Part shown: piece after piece, positions 34,570 through 47,705 of the stretch
How the letters are laid out: every line of letters begins with the position of its first letter
How positions within the stretch are numbered: position 1 is the first letter of the stretch
Program-made: the position numbers and the translations under genes
Assembly: GCA_010909165.1 (NCBI GenBank)
Contig: VJWM01000007.1
Location: forward strand, 620,001 to 684,000
DNA: 64,000 nucleotides
Source of the DNA: Anthoceros angustus
Lineage: Eukaryota; Plantae; Anthocerotophyta
Reading direction: 5' to 3'
The notes under the pieces: model-generated
Database searches by the model: none
What the model was told of the DNA's origin: nothing
Seen by the model: the letters and a program-made list of their open reading frames with translations, nothing else

Positions 34570-37500
34570 TTATCGAACCATAATCAAAGCCTCCAGATAC
34601 TCGTCCACGTAGGCCAAGGAAGGCCAATAATCCGTCCGTATGCGGACCAAAGTTGAGAACTCTGACACCTCCATCTTGAAAAGCATGTGATACCGAGGAG
34701 GCAAGAAAATAAGAATGTGTATCGAGCCCTTGTGTAGGTTACTGTTGGCAGCATCCTCTCTCGACTCAGTTACAGCCAGCTCCTTACAGGACTCCAACTC
34801 CACACCAGCAGCTGCATCATCAGCCCCTTTCAGCCTCAAGTGCGGCGGCACCAAGCTGACAGCAGCAGGCCTTCTTGCAGCTTTGATGCTGGAGTCACCT
34901 TGTTCCTGCCAGACGATGTCTCCTAATGCTGAACGGCTCCTCGTTTCTGAAACAATGGGCTCCCCACTTACAGCCACTACAAAAGGTGCCAACCAGTGCT
35001 CTACTGCGTCCACCACACCGCCTGCTGCAGCCTCTAACAGCTTCACTGACTCCGTGCCCCTGACATCTATGCCAGCCCTCCCACCCTTGAGCAGGAATGT
35101 CTCACCTCCCAACTTACCTGGTCCTCCACATGCTTCCCACATAGCCCGATACACATCGTAACGATATCTAGCCTGCTCCTGTGTCCCCACATGTGCAGGA
35201 CACGGAGTAGCCATAAAAAGGTCCTCAAATCCTATGCGAACGCTATCCAGCTGTCCTCGTACAGTATTCCCGTTCTCGTCATTGAACACTATTCTAGCTT
35301 CCACCAAAGTCGGTACTGGTTCTTTAGGCTCCAGCTCTATCTCCAGCTTCTGTACCAAAGCACTATCATCTAGCTCAGCAAGCTCCACCTCTAGTTCACT
35401 GCCCTGGGCCACCCCATCTAATTGCACAGAAGTACTGGTGGCCAGTACACCAGGATCACCATCATCTGTTGCAACTTGCTGCTTGTTCCCAGTTCTTCCT
35501 TCCAAAAGCCTGTCCTCTCCGTGCAATGCGTTTCCTGTTCTGCTGAAGCTGCTGCGGCGAGATGGCCTCGTACTAGGCACAAAAGGTAGCCTCAGTTTTG
35601 GTATTGCCGCATAGGGCCCAGACGAGTGGAAGGATATCACCACTGCATACAGAGCTGGCCAGGTATCACGTGACCTCCACATTGCAGTGACAGCTTCTTC
35701 TGGTGAAGAAGTCTTTGAATCAGCTTCAGCCAACCACCTGAGCTTTATTTCGCCTTGGAACCGGAGCTCACAATGCACATGGACTCTGAAACCAGCTCCA
35801 TTGTGGAAGTCGGGAATGTCAGAGAAGTGCTGACGCAGAGTGTTCAGGACAAATGAGCTTTCAGCATCCAGGACCCTGGGCACGTTTCCCGCAGGCCCAA
35901 AACCTGAAGGTTCCAAAACCAAGATTGCATCATCTTCCACTTCAAAAGCTTGTTGCTCTGTTGGGGACTGCTCTGTGGGCTTCACTTGTTCACCTTTGAA
36001 GTTGGACCCAATAGCATTGTAGAGAACCATTGTCCACGAATGTGGGACTGTGAGAGGCCTTGCTCTAGTCAGTACAACGTAAGATGCAACTCTCAATCTT
36101 CTCCTTTTGATGTCTGCTCGGTAAGAGAGAGATCTTCTTAAAGCTGAAACACCCAGCAAATTGTGGGAGGCAGACTCCTCCTGCTCATCCCCAGAGCCCA
36201 ACATCTTGCGCAGTTTCCTTCCTGGTATGGTGATGAGCATCCGCAAAAAGAGCCTGAAAGGAAGGAGAGGACACCATTCTATCTCAGTGACAAATCCGGG
36301 TGGGCAACCAGTTTGCAACGGAGTGAACAAAAGAGCAGAGACAGGAAGCAGCCAGTGGAGAGAAGGGGGCCCTTGTTTACCTGGCAGAATCTCGCACTTC
36401 AAGGTCAGGAAAATGTTGAGTCAAGTAGGCTAGCAGGTCGGCCAATGCAGTGAGCATCCTGGAACTGCGGTGATGTGCCATTAAAATTCTACAGATACCA
36501 AGGACCTGGCTTCCTCTTATCCACATGACCCAACCCCTGTGACCACCCTTGAATCGTTGAACTTGACCGGTTGCATAAACAGTGACAGCCTGAAGAAGAG
36601 GCTGAGGGGAGATGTGCGCACACCCTGCCATCCGTTCAAAGAGCGGGAAGTAAGCTGGGAGGTGAAAATCGGGTGGCAATCTGGGCACAAGCTGGTCACT
36701 GAGAGTGTGGAGAAGACGATCTCCCAGAGCCCTGTGCGAGCTGCAAATGAGGAGCCTGTCAGTGAAGTAGAGCAAGCTAGGTACCAGTCTGCGCAACTCT
36801 ACTGCCACGGTAAGCAGGATGTCTTGAAGTGCCTTGAAAAGGTCAGAGTGTGTGACCAGAGGGACAGGCTGCTGTGATCCCTCAACATCCCCAGATTGAG
36901 GCACAGCTGCTGTGAAGAACCTGTGCAGAACGTGAAAAGCTAGGCGCGTCTCCGTGCTCTCAGCAGGAAGCCATTTGAAGGCGGACAAGGAGGTAAGCCC
37001 CGTACTGAGTAGCTGACTAGCAGTCTGGAAGGTATGCACTCCTCCATTGGCAGCGACAGATGCTGCCTGGAGACGAGCCGCACAAAAAGCAAGGGCATCC
37101 AGCTTGGCTGCTTTCAACGACAGAGAGTCGAACACAACAGGGTGAAGCCGGGGTGCCAAAGGAAGCAGGACTGTCGGGTGCCTCTGGGAATGCAGCCTGT
37201 CGATCCCCAGAGTCCAGTGAATAGCAAGGAGGCGGAAGGGAAGCGGTTGCCAGCTATCGTTGCAGAGCAGCATGAGGCGCTTCAGAATGGCATCCTCGTC
37301 GAGGATGAAAGCCTGCACGAAGTTGGCGTACATCATCAGAACCACGTGGCACAGCAGAGGGCTGTAGGTGTGCAACACGGACGCAAACTGGTGCTTGAAC
37401 AGGGAGCCATGCAGCTCCAACGCTGGTGCAATGTGGATGAGGTACGCAACAAACTCCAGCAACCCGTACTCCGTCAGCAGCTGCGGGGCTTCCAGCAAGT

Positions 37501-38311
37501 AGGACATGACGCGGTGGCATTCCTTCAACCCCGAGGGCGTGAGATGGCGCGACGGAATTCCAGCCGCCTCCTGCCCTGGCACAGATCCTGCTAGGAAGGC
37601 CGGGGCCGAGAACGGCACCAAGGGCACCGCCGTGGACACCAGGGTGTGCGCGGCCGCAGCAGAGGAGGTCTTGGACGGAGCGTTGAGCATGTGCGCGCAG
37701 ACGTTGTGCACGATGCCGGTGAGCAGCAGCGTGTAGCTCTGCGAGACATGCGTCCTCTCAGCCTGGCACGAATTGTAGACGTGCCCCAGGCAGGCGTGCA
37801 GCAGGCAGGGGTAGGCGATCTCCAGCTCGCGCAGGCACTCGCACGCCACGCCCCGCACGTGCCGATCCGCCGCGGAGTTGGTCCGGTTGATGAAGGTGAG
37901 GAAGAGCTCCACCAGGGTTTCCAGCGCCCGGAGCGCCGTGTGGAGCGCGTCCAGAACGATGGCCAGCACCGAGGCCGTGATCATCATCTGCTCCTTGACG
38001 CTGTTGGACACCACATTGCCGTCGTTGGCCGTGTGCAGGAGGCCCCTGGTGCAGTCCACCACGGCGGTGAAGCCGGACTGGACGGAAGTGCCGATCAAGC
38101 GCGCCGCCTGCTCCTCCAGGAAGAAGCAGAGCTGGAGCTTGAGGGGAGACTCCTTCTTGGCGATGATTTGCAGAGCCTGCTCCAGCAGCGCATGTCCAGG
38201 ATGCTCCGCCAGCCATCTCGCTTGAGCTGCGTGCGCATCCGCGCCGAAATCCTGCAACACCTTCTCCCACTCCTGCGTCGACAGAGGCTTCGCTCCCTTG
38301 TCGGCCGCCAT
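34570..38311 (-). CDS. AP5B1: AP-5 adaptor complex beta subunit; exons 38311-36381 and 36253-34570
   Basis: KPLSTQEWE..., PLKLQL, AVACECLRELE, FPDLEVRDSARLFLRML across the intron, C-terminal RIRTDYWPSLAYVDEYLEAL. Confidence 0.88.
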
Positions 38312-38588
38312 GGCCGGGCCGTCGCGTGCCCGCCTTCAGAGCTGCTGTACAGGCATCGAGCAGCGCTGCCGGTGCCGGGTGGCGGTGCCCGGTCCGGCCC
38401 GTTCCGGGTCCCGGCCGCCGTCCCGGGTGCTGTGTACCAATGTAGTATATACTGCATATACATATTATTCATGTCTGCATTTCTTTTTTTCTCAGCGAAA
38501 TATGTACATACAGATTTAGGTCTGCCGCAGTTTGCGAACGTTTTACATTATACCCATCTTGCTTTGTGTAAGGATGAAGGAAAAGGTG

Positions 38589-39525
38589 ATGTCGCTCATG
38601 TGGCTGTTTCTGCTGGCGCTTGCGTCGGCGGCGCCTGCCTCCGCCGGTGCATCACAGTGAGATAGCTCACTCTTGCCTGCTGCTCGTTGCAGGCACCCGG
38701 GGATGCTCACGCTGTGGAACTGGATGCAGCAGACCTGAAATTCGGCAGCTCAGGGTTGGCGAAGAGCTGACATGGGAGAAGCTGGCGTTGCGCGATGGAC
38801 GATGCATTTACGAGCTGCTTGGTTTGGAGACGTCCAAGCATTACGAAGTCAAGATTTCCTACCCTGCATCTGTAGGTATGCGATGCCGTGGCGTGCCGTG
38901 AGCGGAGGCTCCTTGAGAGGCTGGATACTCCACGCATGTGTTGTTCATGACGCTGTTATTCCGCAGATACCGGCCATCTTCTCCCTCAGCCTGGTTGAAG
39001 ATGTAGCGACGGTTGCTGGTGGCGGAAGGCTGGGTAGGAAGTTGCTCAACACCGAAAAGATTACGTTTGGCGCAAGCCAAAAGGTTGCCTTCTGTGACGA
39101 GTGGGAAAGAAAAGGTTTTGTTTTGGCTTCTGTTCAAGAATGTGTGGAGATCCGCGGCTTGGTTTCTTACCTACGTTCTTGGTGACAGTTGGGTAGGAGC
39201 AGTGTTCTGGTGAGCGTGCGGCCTGAAGGCTTTGTAGGTATTCCGGGGGTGCAAGATCAGGAGTGGATTGTGTACAACATTTGTAAGTTCTCCTCTTTTC
39301 TTTCAGTGAGCTTGTTAGCTTCCTTCGTTTTGGATTTTTGGTTTGATTGACGAGGACGGAGTGGTTGTTTTCGCAGTGTGCGAGGAGGTGATTCTAGGTC
39401 TTCCCAAGCAGGCTTGGTGGATGGGCTTGCTGCTCGTTGTGGCTCTGGTGGGCAGTGTAACAGTGTGGCGGCACGGGGCATTATCCAGGATGCTCTTCAC
39501 GGATGACGAAGCCAAAAATCAGTAG
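38589..39525 (+). CDS. Uncharacterised type I membrane protein, multi-exon
   Basis: Signal peptide MSLMWLFLLALASAAPASA; exons YEVKISYPAS/IPAIFSLSL, RKLLNTEKITF, VSVRPEG, YNI/VCEEVILGLP; C-terminal TM helix AWWMGLLLVVALVG. Confidence 0.7.
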
Positions 39526-39676
39526 TGAGTTTGTAGTGTAAGCCTCCTTCCCAGGCCTATCTTACATTGGGTGTGGAATTAGAATCCTACCTCAAAGAAT
39601 GGTTGGGAGTGAGCGACGGGGAAGAGAGAGGAGCCGCTGTAGTAGTCTACTGTGTGAGTGACTGAGGAACTATGAT

Positions 39677-42129
39677 TTACAGGAAGAGAGGTGCCATGAC
39701 CAGAGTGATAGTTGCCAACATTTTGATAAGCACATGAAGCGACGGTCCGGCTGTATCCTTGAAGGGATCTCCTACGGTATCTCCAGTGATCGCTGCCTTA
39801 TGTGCCTCACTACCCTTGCCTCCCAGCGCGCCAGTCTCGATATACTTTTTGGCATTGTCCCAGGCCCCGCCGGAGGTATTGAGGAAGAGCGCCATCAGAA
39901 TACCGGTGACAGTGGCGAACATGAGAAACGCGGCCACAGCTTTGGCGCCCAGCAGTTCCTGCCCGGTGTATCGGCCGAGCAGCCGCATCGTCAATCCCAG
40001 CGCCATGGGCGAGAACAGGGCCAGAAGGCCGGGCTTGATCATCTCCCGCAGCGCGGCGGCCGCCACCAGCGACACGCAACGCGCATAGTCCGGCTTGTCC
40101 TGGTAAGTGAGAATCCCAGGGCGCTCCTGGAACTGTCGCCGAACCTCCCGCACTACCTCCTGCGCGGTGCGCCCGACGGCGGCGCAGGCCCACGCAGAGA
40201 AGAGGAAGATGAGCGCCGAGCCCAGCAGCCCCGACACGAAGAGCTCGGGCACGGCTATGTCCACCTGCGAGAAGGCCACGCCGGCGAAGGACGCCACCTC
40301 GTCCATGTAGGCGGAGAAGAGCAGGAAGGAGGAAAGCGCGGCGGATCCGATGGCGAAGCCCTTGGTGGTGGCCTTGGTGGTGTTCCCCACCGCGTCCAGC
40401 AGATCCGTGATGGCCCGCACCGCCGGTGGCTGCTGGCTCATCTCCGCAATCCCCCCTGCGTTGTCCGCGATCGGCCCCATCATATCCATGGTGAGCACGT
40501 AGGCGGCAGTGGTGAGCATCCCCATGGTCGCCACCGCAGTCCCGAACAGCCCCCCAGCCGGCGCGCCCGTGACCGCGTCCCGCAGCCCCGACGTCCTCCC
40601 CAGCCAGTACGCCGTCACGATCGCCACGCTGATGAGCAGAGCGGGAATAGCCGTCGCCTCCATCCCCAGCCCCACGCCCGCAATCACGTTCGTCCCATGC
40701 CCAGTGGTACACGCCATCGCCAGCGCCCGCACCGGCTCGTACTTGTAGTCCGTGTAGTACTGGGCGAGGCGGACGAATGCGTACGCCGTCGCGATGCCCA
40801 CCAGCCCGCAGAGCGCGAAGTGCAGCCACGCATAGGGAGCCTGCTCCGAGTGCAACAACCATCTCGTAGCCCCGGCCAATCCCACAGTCGCCAGCCCCAG
40901 GCTGAGCGAGTACGCGCGGTGCATCACCGCCATGGGGTCCTCCGCCACCACCGGCCCTGTCCCCGCTCCGGCGGCCTCTTCTTCGTCCATGAGCACAACG
41001 GAGGTCGCCGAGGAGGAGGAAGACGATAAGGAAATGGAGAGAATCCCCACCCCGGACACCACCACGTCCAGCGTGTGCACCACGAGCGGGAAGAGCACGA
41101 ACCCGATGGCAGACCCGTCCTCGTCCAGCCTGCACCTGCGCACCAGCGAGCTCCCCAAGATCATGGCGCTGATGATCTCCGCCGCAATGCTCTCGAACAG
41201 ATCCGCCCCCCGCGCCGCGCAGTCCCCGACGTTGTCCCCCACCAGATCCGCGATCACAGCCGGGTTCCGCGCGTCGTCCTCCGGGATGCCCTGCTCCACC
41301 TTCCCCACTAAATCGGCCCCCACGTCGGCGGCCTTGGTGTAGATCCCGCCCCCGAGCTGCGCGAAGAGCGCCACAAACGACGCCCCGAACCCGTACCCCA
41401 CCAAGAGGAGGGGGACAGACCCCGAGCTCGCCGGACCCAGGAGACACCACACTCCCGCGTACAGCACAGCCACTCCCAGCACCGTCATGCTCACCACCAG
41501 AAGCGCGGAGCACCCCGGCCCGCACCGCCACCACCAGCGGCTCCCGGGCAGACCGCCTCGCCGCGGCCGCCACACGCACATTGGCCCGCACCGCAACCCA
41601 CATCCCCGCGAACCCGGCCAGGGCCGAGCAGACCGCGCCCAGCCCGAACGCGGCAGTGGTCACCAGCGCCAGCGTCCTCCGCCCCACCTCCTCCTGCTCC
41701 CCGCCCGGGGCGCGCACCAGGTACATGGTGAGGATGCAGGCGGCCAGCAGGAAGCCCATCTTGGAGATGGTGCCGTACTGCGTGCGGAAAAAGCCCTCGG
41801 CGCCCTCCCGGATGGCGTCCGCCACCACCACCATCTCCGCCGGGCCCTCGTCCTTGCGCACCACCCAGGCCGCCAGATACCAGGCCAGCGCCACCGCCCC
41901 GACGCACACCAGCAGCACCAGCGCCAGGATCCACGACACCTGCGCCCCCATGTAGAGCAGGCCCAGCAGCGCCGCCAGCCCGGTGAGCGCCGTCCACGGC
42001 CTCCCCGTCCCAGCTCCCCGCATCGCCTTCATCCCGCCCCGCCTTTCCCTTCCCGGACGCCACCCCGCCGCGCCCGATCTTGCCCTCCTTCTGGTACACC
42101 AGCGGCAGCTCCGCGTCCTTGTCCGCCAT
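39677..42129 (-). CDS. AVP2: Type II (K+-independent) proton-pumping pyrophosphatase, intronless; apparent frameshift near 41517; start at 42129 or 42032
   Basis: KDEGPAEM...DAIREGAEGFFRTQYGTISKM; GGGIYTKAADVGADLVGKVEQGIPEDDARNP; GDNVGDCAARGADLFES; GPIADNAGG; GNTTKA (K+-independent signature); GGAWDNAKKYIE; GDTVGDPFKDTAGPS. Confidence 0.95.
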
Positions 42130-42547
42130 CTCCCCACCTCTCGGACGCCTCCTTCTTCCTCCTCCTTCTCCTCCTCCTCCTCCTCCTACTCTCGCAGATC
42201 GCAACAACCTAACCTAACATAGCTCCGGGGATCCTCGCGAACCTATGTAGACTCCAGTCCATCCCGCACCCTCCAGACCTACGCGCTCCAAGAACCTGAT
42301 GCCTTATGCCATCGCCAACCCTAATAGTAACATGGTGCAGGTACCGTACATGTACATAAGGAGCCTAAACTCAGTCCCGCACAAATGTGTGCAGGCTGTG
42401 GAGCGACCGCCACTGCCTCGGTACTGTGTATAAATAAATGTATGGAATTGCAGACGCTTGCGTTTCACGAATTAGGGCAAACGATTTGATCTCCAGGCGC
42501 GAAGCGAAGCCGAGGAAGCGGATGAGAGCTCGTTGAGCCCGCGGGCC

Positions 42548-45500
42548 ATGGACGACGCCGCCCCAGCCGGGCCACCGCTGCCTTCGTCCCCGACCAAGAA
42601 CATCTGCGGAATATGTGGCTCTCAAGTCACCAATCAGGGCGTTTTAGACTGCTGCCAGCACCCGTAAATAATGCCCACCTTACCCTCCCGCCTTGGCGCA
42701 AATCTGTGCTCCGTGCGCGTCTCACGCCTGGCTGCTGCAGATTCTGCTTCACCTGCATTGACGACTGGGCGTCTGTCACCAACCTCTGCCCCTTGTGCAA
42801 CTTGAGGTTCCGCCTCATCACCTGCCTGCCCGTAAGTTTACTCCGACCCACCTGCAGTCCTGCATTCTAGTTCACGGGGTGCATTCCTTTGCCTGATGCC
42901 ACAGCTGCTCGTCTTTGCTTAGCGCAACAGGGGACTGCTCAACATGGGGATGGGGTTGGGGATGGCGATGGCGGTGGCGATGGCAAGGAGGCAGAGCCTG
43001 GTCCTGGTGGCACCAGTGACGCTGAACAAATGTATTGTGGCTAAATAGTCAGCTGGGTGTGGCTGGGGGCAGCGCCCTTGCTTTGTGTTGTTACTCTGTT
43101 CGTTGTGTTGTGGGCTAGTGCCGGGCTGGGGGTGGATCATTTCGTAATTTCTTGTGTTGCTGTTGCAGACACGGGGACGGGATGCATCCGGCTTTCTATA
43201 TTGATGAGGAGGTGCGGGTTTTGGAGTCTTGCCGTGGCTTCCAGTCGTACCTGCCATGGAGTTCCAGCTCCTCACTGCTGTTGCCTCGTTCTTTGCAGGC
43301 CGTTACTTGCTTGGATGGAGATGACTGCCTTGTTAGATCAGGGGTCTCTATGGAGGTGGACACTGATTCCTCCGTGGCCTGCGACTCTTGCGATCGCTGG
43401 TCAGTTAACTTCACCTCACTGGAGGTCTATCCATCCACCGCGACAGGACTCTGGACGCTGACGTCTGCCTTTCCAAAGGCCCTACTTTTGTTGCGCTGAG
43501 CTTGCGATTGATGAAACTGCAGGTACCATGCTGGTTGTGTCGGATTCGACACCACGGGTTGCAACCAGGGTTCGTGGTGGTGTCCAAGGTTGTCCCGCAG
43601 CACCCGCATTCTGTGATTACGAGTATCGTCTGTTCCGTAACCGCTTTTGAACAAAACTCACTCATCGATGCATCTCTTCCTTGCAGGTGTACCTCAAGTG
43701 GCTCCCCGAATGGCCAAGGGCCTGGTGGATCTCAACTACCTGCTGCACCCTCAGCACCTGCCGATTTCTTCGGTCTGCCATCCCAGCCATCTGTAAGCTC
43801 TGCACAGGCTGGGACCTCGCAACTGCAGACTGGAACTAGTGTCTGCAATTCACAATCTTCGTCCCCGGCTGTCAATCCAACAAGCACTGGCACACAAGGG
43901 GCACCGTTGAATGCAGAGGCAGATTGTTTGAGGAGTCGTGTGGAAACCGAAGTCAGTGCCACAAAGTCAAAGCCTTTCGTGGTTGACGGCGGAGAAAGCA
44001 ATCCTCGAAAGCGGAGCAGGAAGAACAGGTAAAGATTTCTGGTTGGTTGTGCTTGTGTTGCTGGACTCGTTGTTGTAGGGGAATGGAATCGCTCTCAGGA
44101 AGTGATCGATTTAGGTTTTGATGATTTAACTAGGATGGTGACTGCTGATGAATGTTGCAAGAATGTTGGACCGACTGATCCAAAATATCACTGTGATATG
44201 GCTGACTGTCAGAAATACCAGTAGCTGATGAAAAACTCTTCTTAGCTTTTTGTTCACTTGGTTTCCAGCAATGTCCAACCTCTCGAGGATTTACAGACTG
44301 GACCGGGAAGCTATGGTAACAAGCCTGAGAAGAGGTCCAGACTTCTATCGGCAGGTGGGGAGGGCATTGATGACCTGCTCGAGATTGTCAGGGATGATTC
44401 TGGAAGAGCAATGGCTGGGGAGGCCGCCAACGAACCCTCTACAGGAAGCGGTGTTCGAACCAGAATTATCATGCATAGAGCTGAGAATAATGGCCAATCG
44501 TTGGTGGAGGAAATAAGGCACAAAATGAGGACAGAGGCAGGATATGGTGCTGCAGCGGATCTGGGCAAGGTGGAGGTTACGGATGCTCGATTTCTTGCTG
44601 CCTACAGGGCAGCTATTGCTGGGAAAGATCGGGGAGAGGAACAAGTGAGGAGGAAGGCTCCCAAGGGAAATTCCTGGGTTGTGAAAGCATTAAAAAACGG
44701 GGCAAGTGTTAGGGATAATCTAACTAGGAAACTCTATGGTGGCCTAGGTGGTCGGCGCATGTGGGACAGAGACTGGGATGTGGCCTTCTGGAGGGGAAAT
44801 CGTCAAAATTTGAAGAGTGACTCAGCAAATAAGCTGCAGGAAGAGAAAGTAGAGGATGATTCAGATGCACTGAAGGTCCACATTGCAGATAGCTCCTTGT
44901 TTCCAAGGAAAGATGAGTCTGAAGTTGCTACTAACTCTGGAGGCCAGCTACCAGTGGATTTGAATGGCATCAGTTGCATCGGAGCCAAAGGGTCAGCACA
45001 ACAGTCTAAGCATGATGAGCTGTTGTTGCGGGACAGTAAGCGCTCTGGGAGGCCATTCTCAGGACCTGGAAACCCCTCCGGCAGTGGTTCAGACCAAGTG
45101 AGAAAAAAAGTCCGGTTCTCTGATGATGCGCCTGCTGCCAGACTTGAAAGCTGTAGTGGAGCTGGGAATCACAAGTCATCTGACAGAGCCAAGCTTCCAG
45201 GCACAGTGCATGATCCCAGTAACTTGAATGTGAGGGACAAGAGGATGTGGGCCCTTGAAGTTCTAGCTAGAAAAACAGGTGAATTTGGAGCTTCTGGAGC
45301 GACAGGGAACACCAACAAAGGCAGATCTCTTGTGGTAAATATTTCTATGGATGGAGCTGAATATAGTTTGTGGCTCAGGTTTGATAAAAACTTACTTTTT
45401 GCATTTTTGTATCCCATGGCTGTGCCTCCCCGCCCCACTGTAGGACTTATTGCCTCCAGAGTTAAGGCCTTCCATCAGCATCAACATTCACAGCAAGGTC

Positions 45501-47705
45501 CCGTCTGGGGTTCGACAGGTGTATGCCCTAATCCTATTCAAGATTTGGAGATGCAACTTGGTGTAGCCTTTATGCTGTTGAAAGGTTAGCCAATGTGTCA
45601 TACTTGGCCTGTAATCTTCTGTTGAGTGGTGTGCTGAAAACTTGCGATTCAGGCCATGAAAATATTGTTGGCAGTTGGCCATAGGCAGGTTCATGTGTTT
45701 TTAGTTTGATTCTTGGCATAGGCAGGTCGCAACTGTCGGGGGCTCTGGCTGCGCAGATATTTTAGTGTAGCAGGCCTGCTTCAATTGTTTAGAGTTGTCG
45801 ATGTCCTTGGATGATCTACCACGTATAGGATCACAGTAGGAAATGCCAAAGTGATTGCCTGTTCCCTCATTTCAATTTGCACGGTGATTTGTTCTCTGAT
45901 CTCATGTGCTGTATTTACTAAATTTCAGGTGCAGCTTGATCGGTTTCTAGAATATGAACTGAAGGGCTCCGGAGTGAGGAGGGATCCTAGAAGTGCAAAA
46001 TGTGAGCGAGCAGTCGCAGTTGCAGTTGCCAAGGAGCAGGAAATATATGAAAAATCAAACTCCAAAAGTGTTTACTTGAACTTGTGTGCAAACTTTTGTG
46101 CCACCTTGAGTGCCAGGGCTACAGCAAGGAAGGCCAAGAGCAATGCAACTCTTCAAAATATGCTGTCTGAGAGCAAGGTCAGGTTGGCACTGGAAGCAGC
46201 TGGATTGGGTTTTGATTCTGATTCTGACCCCGAACGTGCTTCTGGTTCACGGGCGAAGAAACTAGCTGCAGGGTCAGTGGTTGCATCTGAGTCATTGGAT
46301 GTTAGGCCTTCTAATCAGGTTGCTGGTGGAGTGGCATCCTTGAGGGGTGCTCCAGTAAATGTCAAGTGCACAGATGCAAATACTGTGGTACCGCACTCTG
46401 GAGCATTGCCAGATGATCTTGTAGCTCCATCAAGCCCTATGCTTTGCACTCTTAGTAAGGATCATCTCACCTTGAATGCTGAAAGTTGTGGTTCAGCCAT
46501 GCCTGACTCCCTTGCACAAGAGTCATCACCTTTGTTCATGGACGGGATTTTTGTATTGGATGGCGAAGAACTTGAAGTTCCTGTGCTTTCAGGCAGTGTA
46601 GGCAACACAACAGTACAAAAGGATTGTGTTCCGAAGGTCAAAGTTGTGCTAACTACCATTCACAAGTTTAAGCAGGAGCTAATTGCAGTTGAAGGGGGAA
46701 CTGCAAGCGAAAGACAGGAAGACTTAGCCCAAATGGCTGCCGCAGATGGTGCCAGTAGTAGTCCACAGGCAGATGGCTGTAGAGTCACTGCAGGTGGCAG
46801 TGTGATAGCTCCAGAACTATGCCCACCATTTGAGGCTCCAGCCAGTGGGTGCTCTAGAGACTCAAAAACACCGCAACAAGAAAGTGTGGAGTGTGAGAAT
46901 CAACACGATGCACCAGAAACGAGTGCTGCAGGAGATGTAGTTACAGAGAAGGTAAAAGAGGGAGAAGTTGAGGCCAAGGAGGCTGGTTGCTTGCAGATCA
47001 TGTCTACAACCGCACCTCTTGTGAAAGGTGACCAATCTGATATGGCCCCAGCCCCAGATGAGGAAGCTGATGCCAATGTCAACTCCAAAGACTCCTTGTC
47101 CTGTCAAGTGAAACAGGATGTAAGGATTAAACAGGGTAGTGCTGAAGCTGAAAGTGAAGTCGATGACTGGATGAAGGCCGGCAGGTTTCCCAATCTTGAA
47201 AGTAGGATTGACGAAGTGAGAGAGAGCGTTTTGAAAAAGGGTGCAGATATGCTACATCTCCTTACCGAGTACCCCAGGTTATCTGGCGACATTGTGGATC
47301 CACAGGGTTCTTGCCTGAAAGCTGATAGTGCAGAGACGAGTTTGGAAGGTGAAAAGAAGTCGGAGATCGGTCACGGTCGTGGAGAATCCCACGACAGTGA
47401 AGTAGTCGAGAAACAGGTGGAACTTTGGACGCTGTCTATTTTAGTTCTTCCACTTGACACACAATGTATTCATGTTTGACCGAAATGTGCAGGTGCATGC
47501 CTATGTCCGCGAGCATTTGCGGCCGCTGCACAGGAGTGGAGTTATCAATACCAAGGATTATAAGTGGGCTGCCGCAAAGACAGTCAGCAAAGTTATGCAA
47601 CATCACCCAGATGCGAAGTCTGCAGATTTTTTGATAGTGGAGGGTAGCAAGGTGAAAAAGCTGGCAGACGATTATCTTAAAGCCCTGACAATGCGGAAAG
47701 TCTGA
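42548..47705 (+). CDS. RING (C3HC4) plus PHD finger protein with SRI-like C-terminus (At4g10930-like), multi-exon
   Basis: CGICGSQVTNQGVLDCCQH/FCFTCIDDWASVTNLCPLC; CDSCDRW/YHAGCVGFD; IAGKDRGEE; VHAYVREHLRPLHRSGVI...YKWAAAKTVSKVM. Confidence 0.85.

Noticed and set aside
39734-41029. 431-aa antisense ORF and other long overlapping ORFs over the H+-PPase; similar ORF 37646-38665 over AP5B1
   Set aside because: Shadow ORFs caused by GC-rich codon usage; no recognisable domain.
41505-41525. Frameshift in the H+-PPase as programmed frameshifting or pseudogenisation
   Set aside because: It falls in a G homopolymer; adding two G restores the conserved AVRAGGxSA. A long-read homopolymer error is the simplest explanation.
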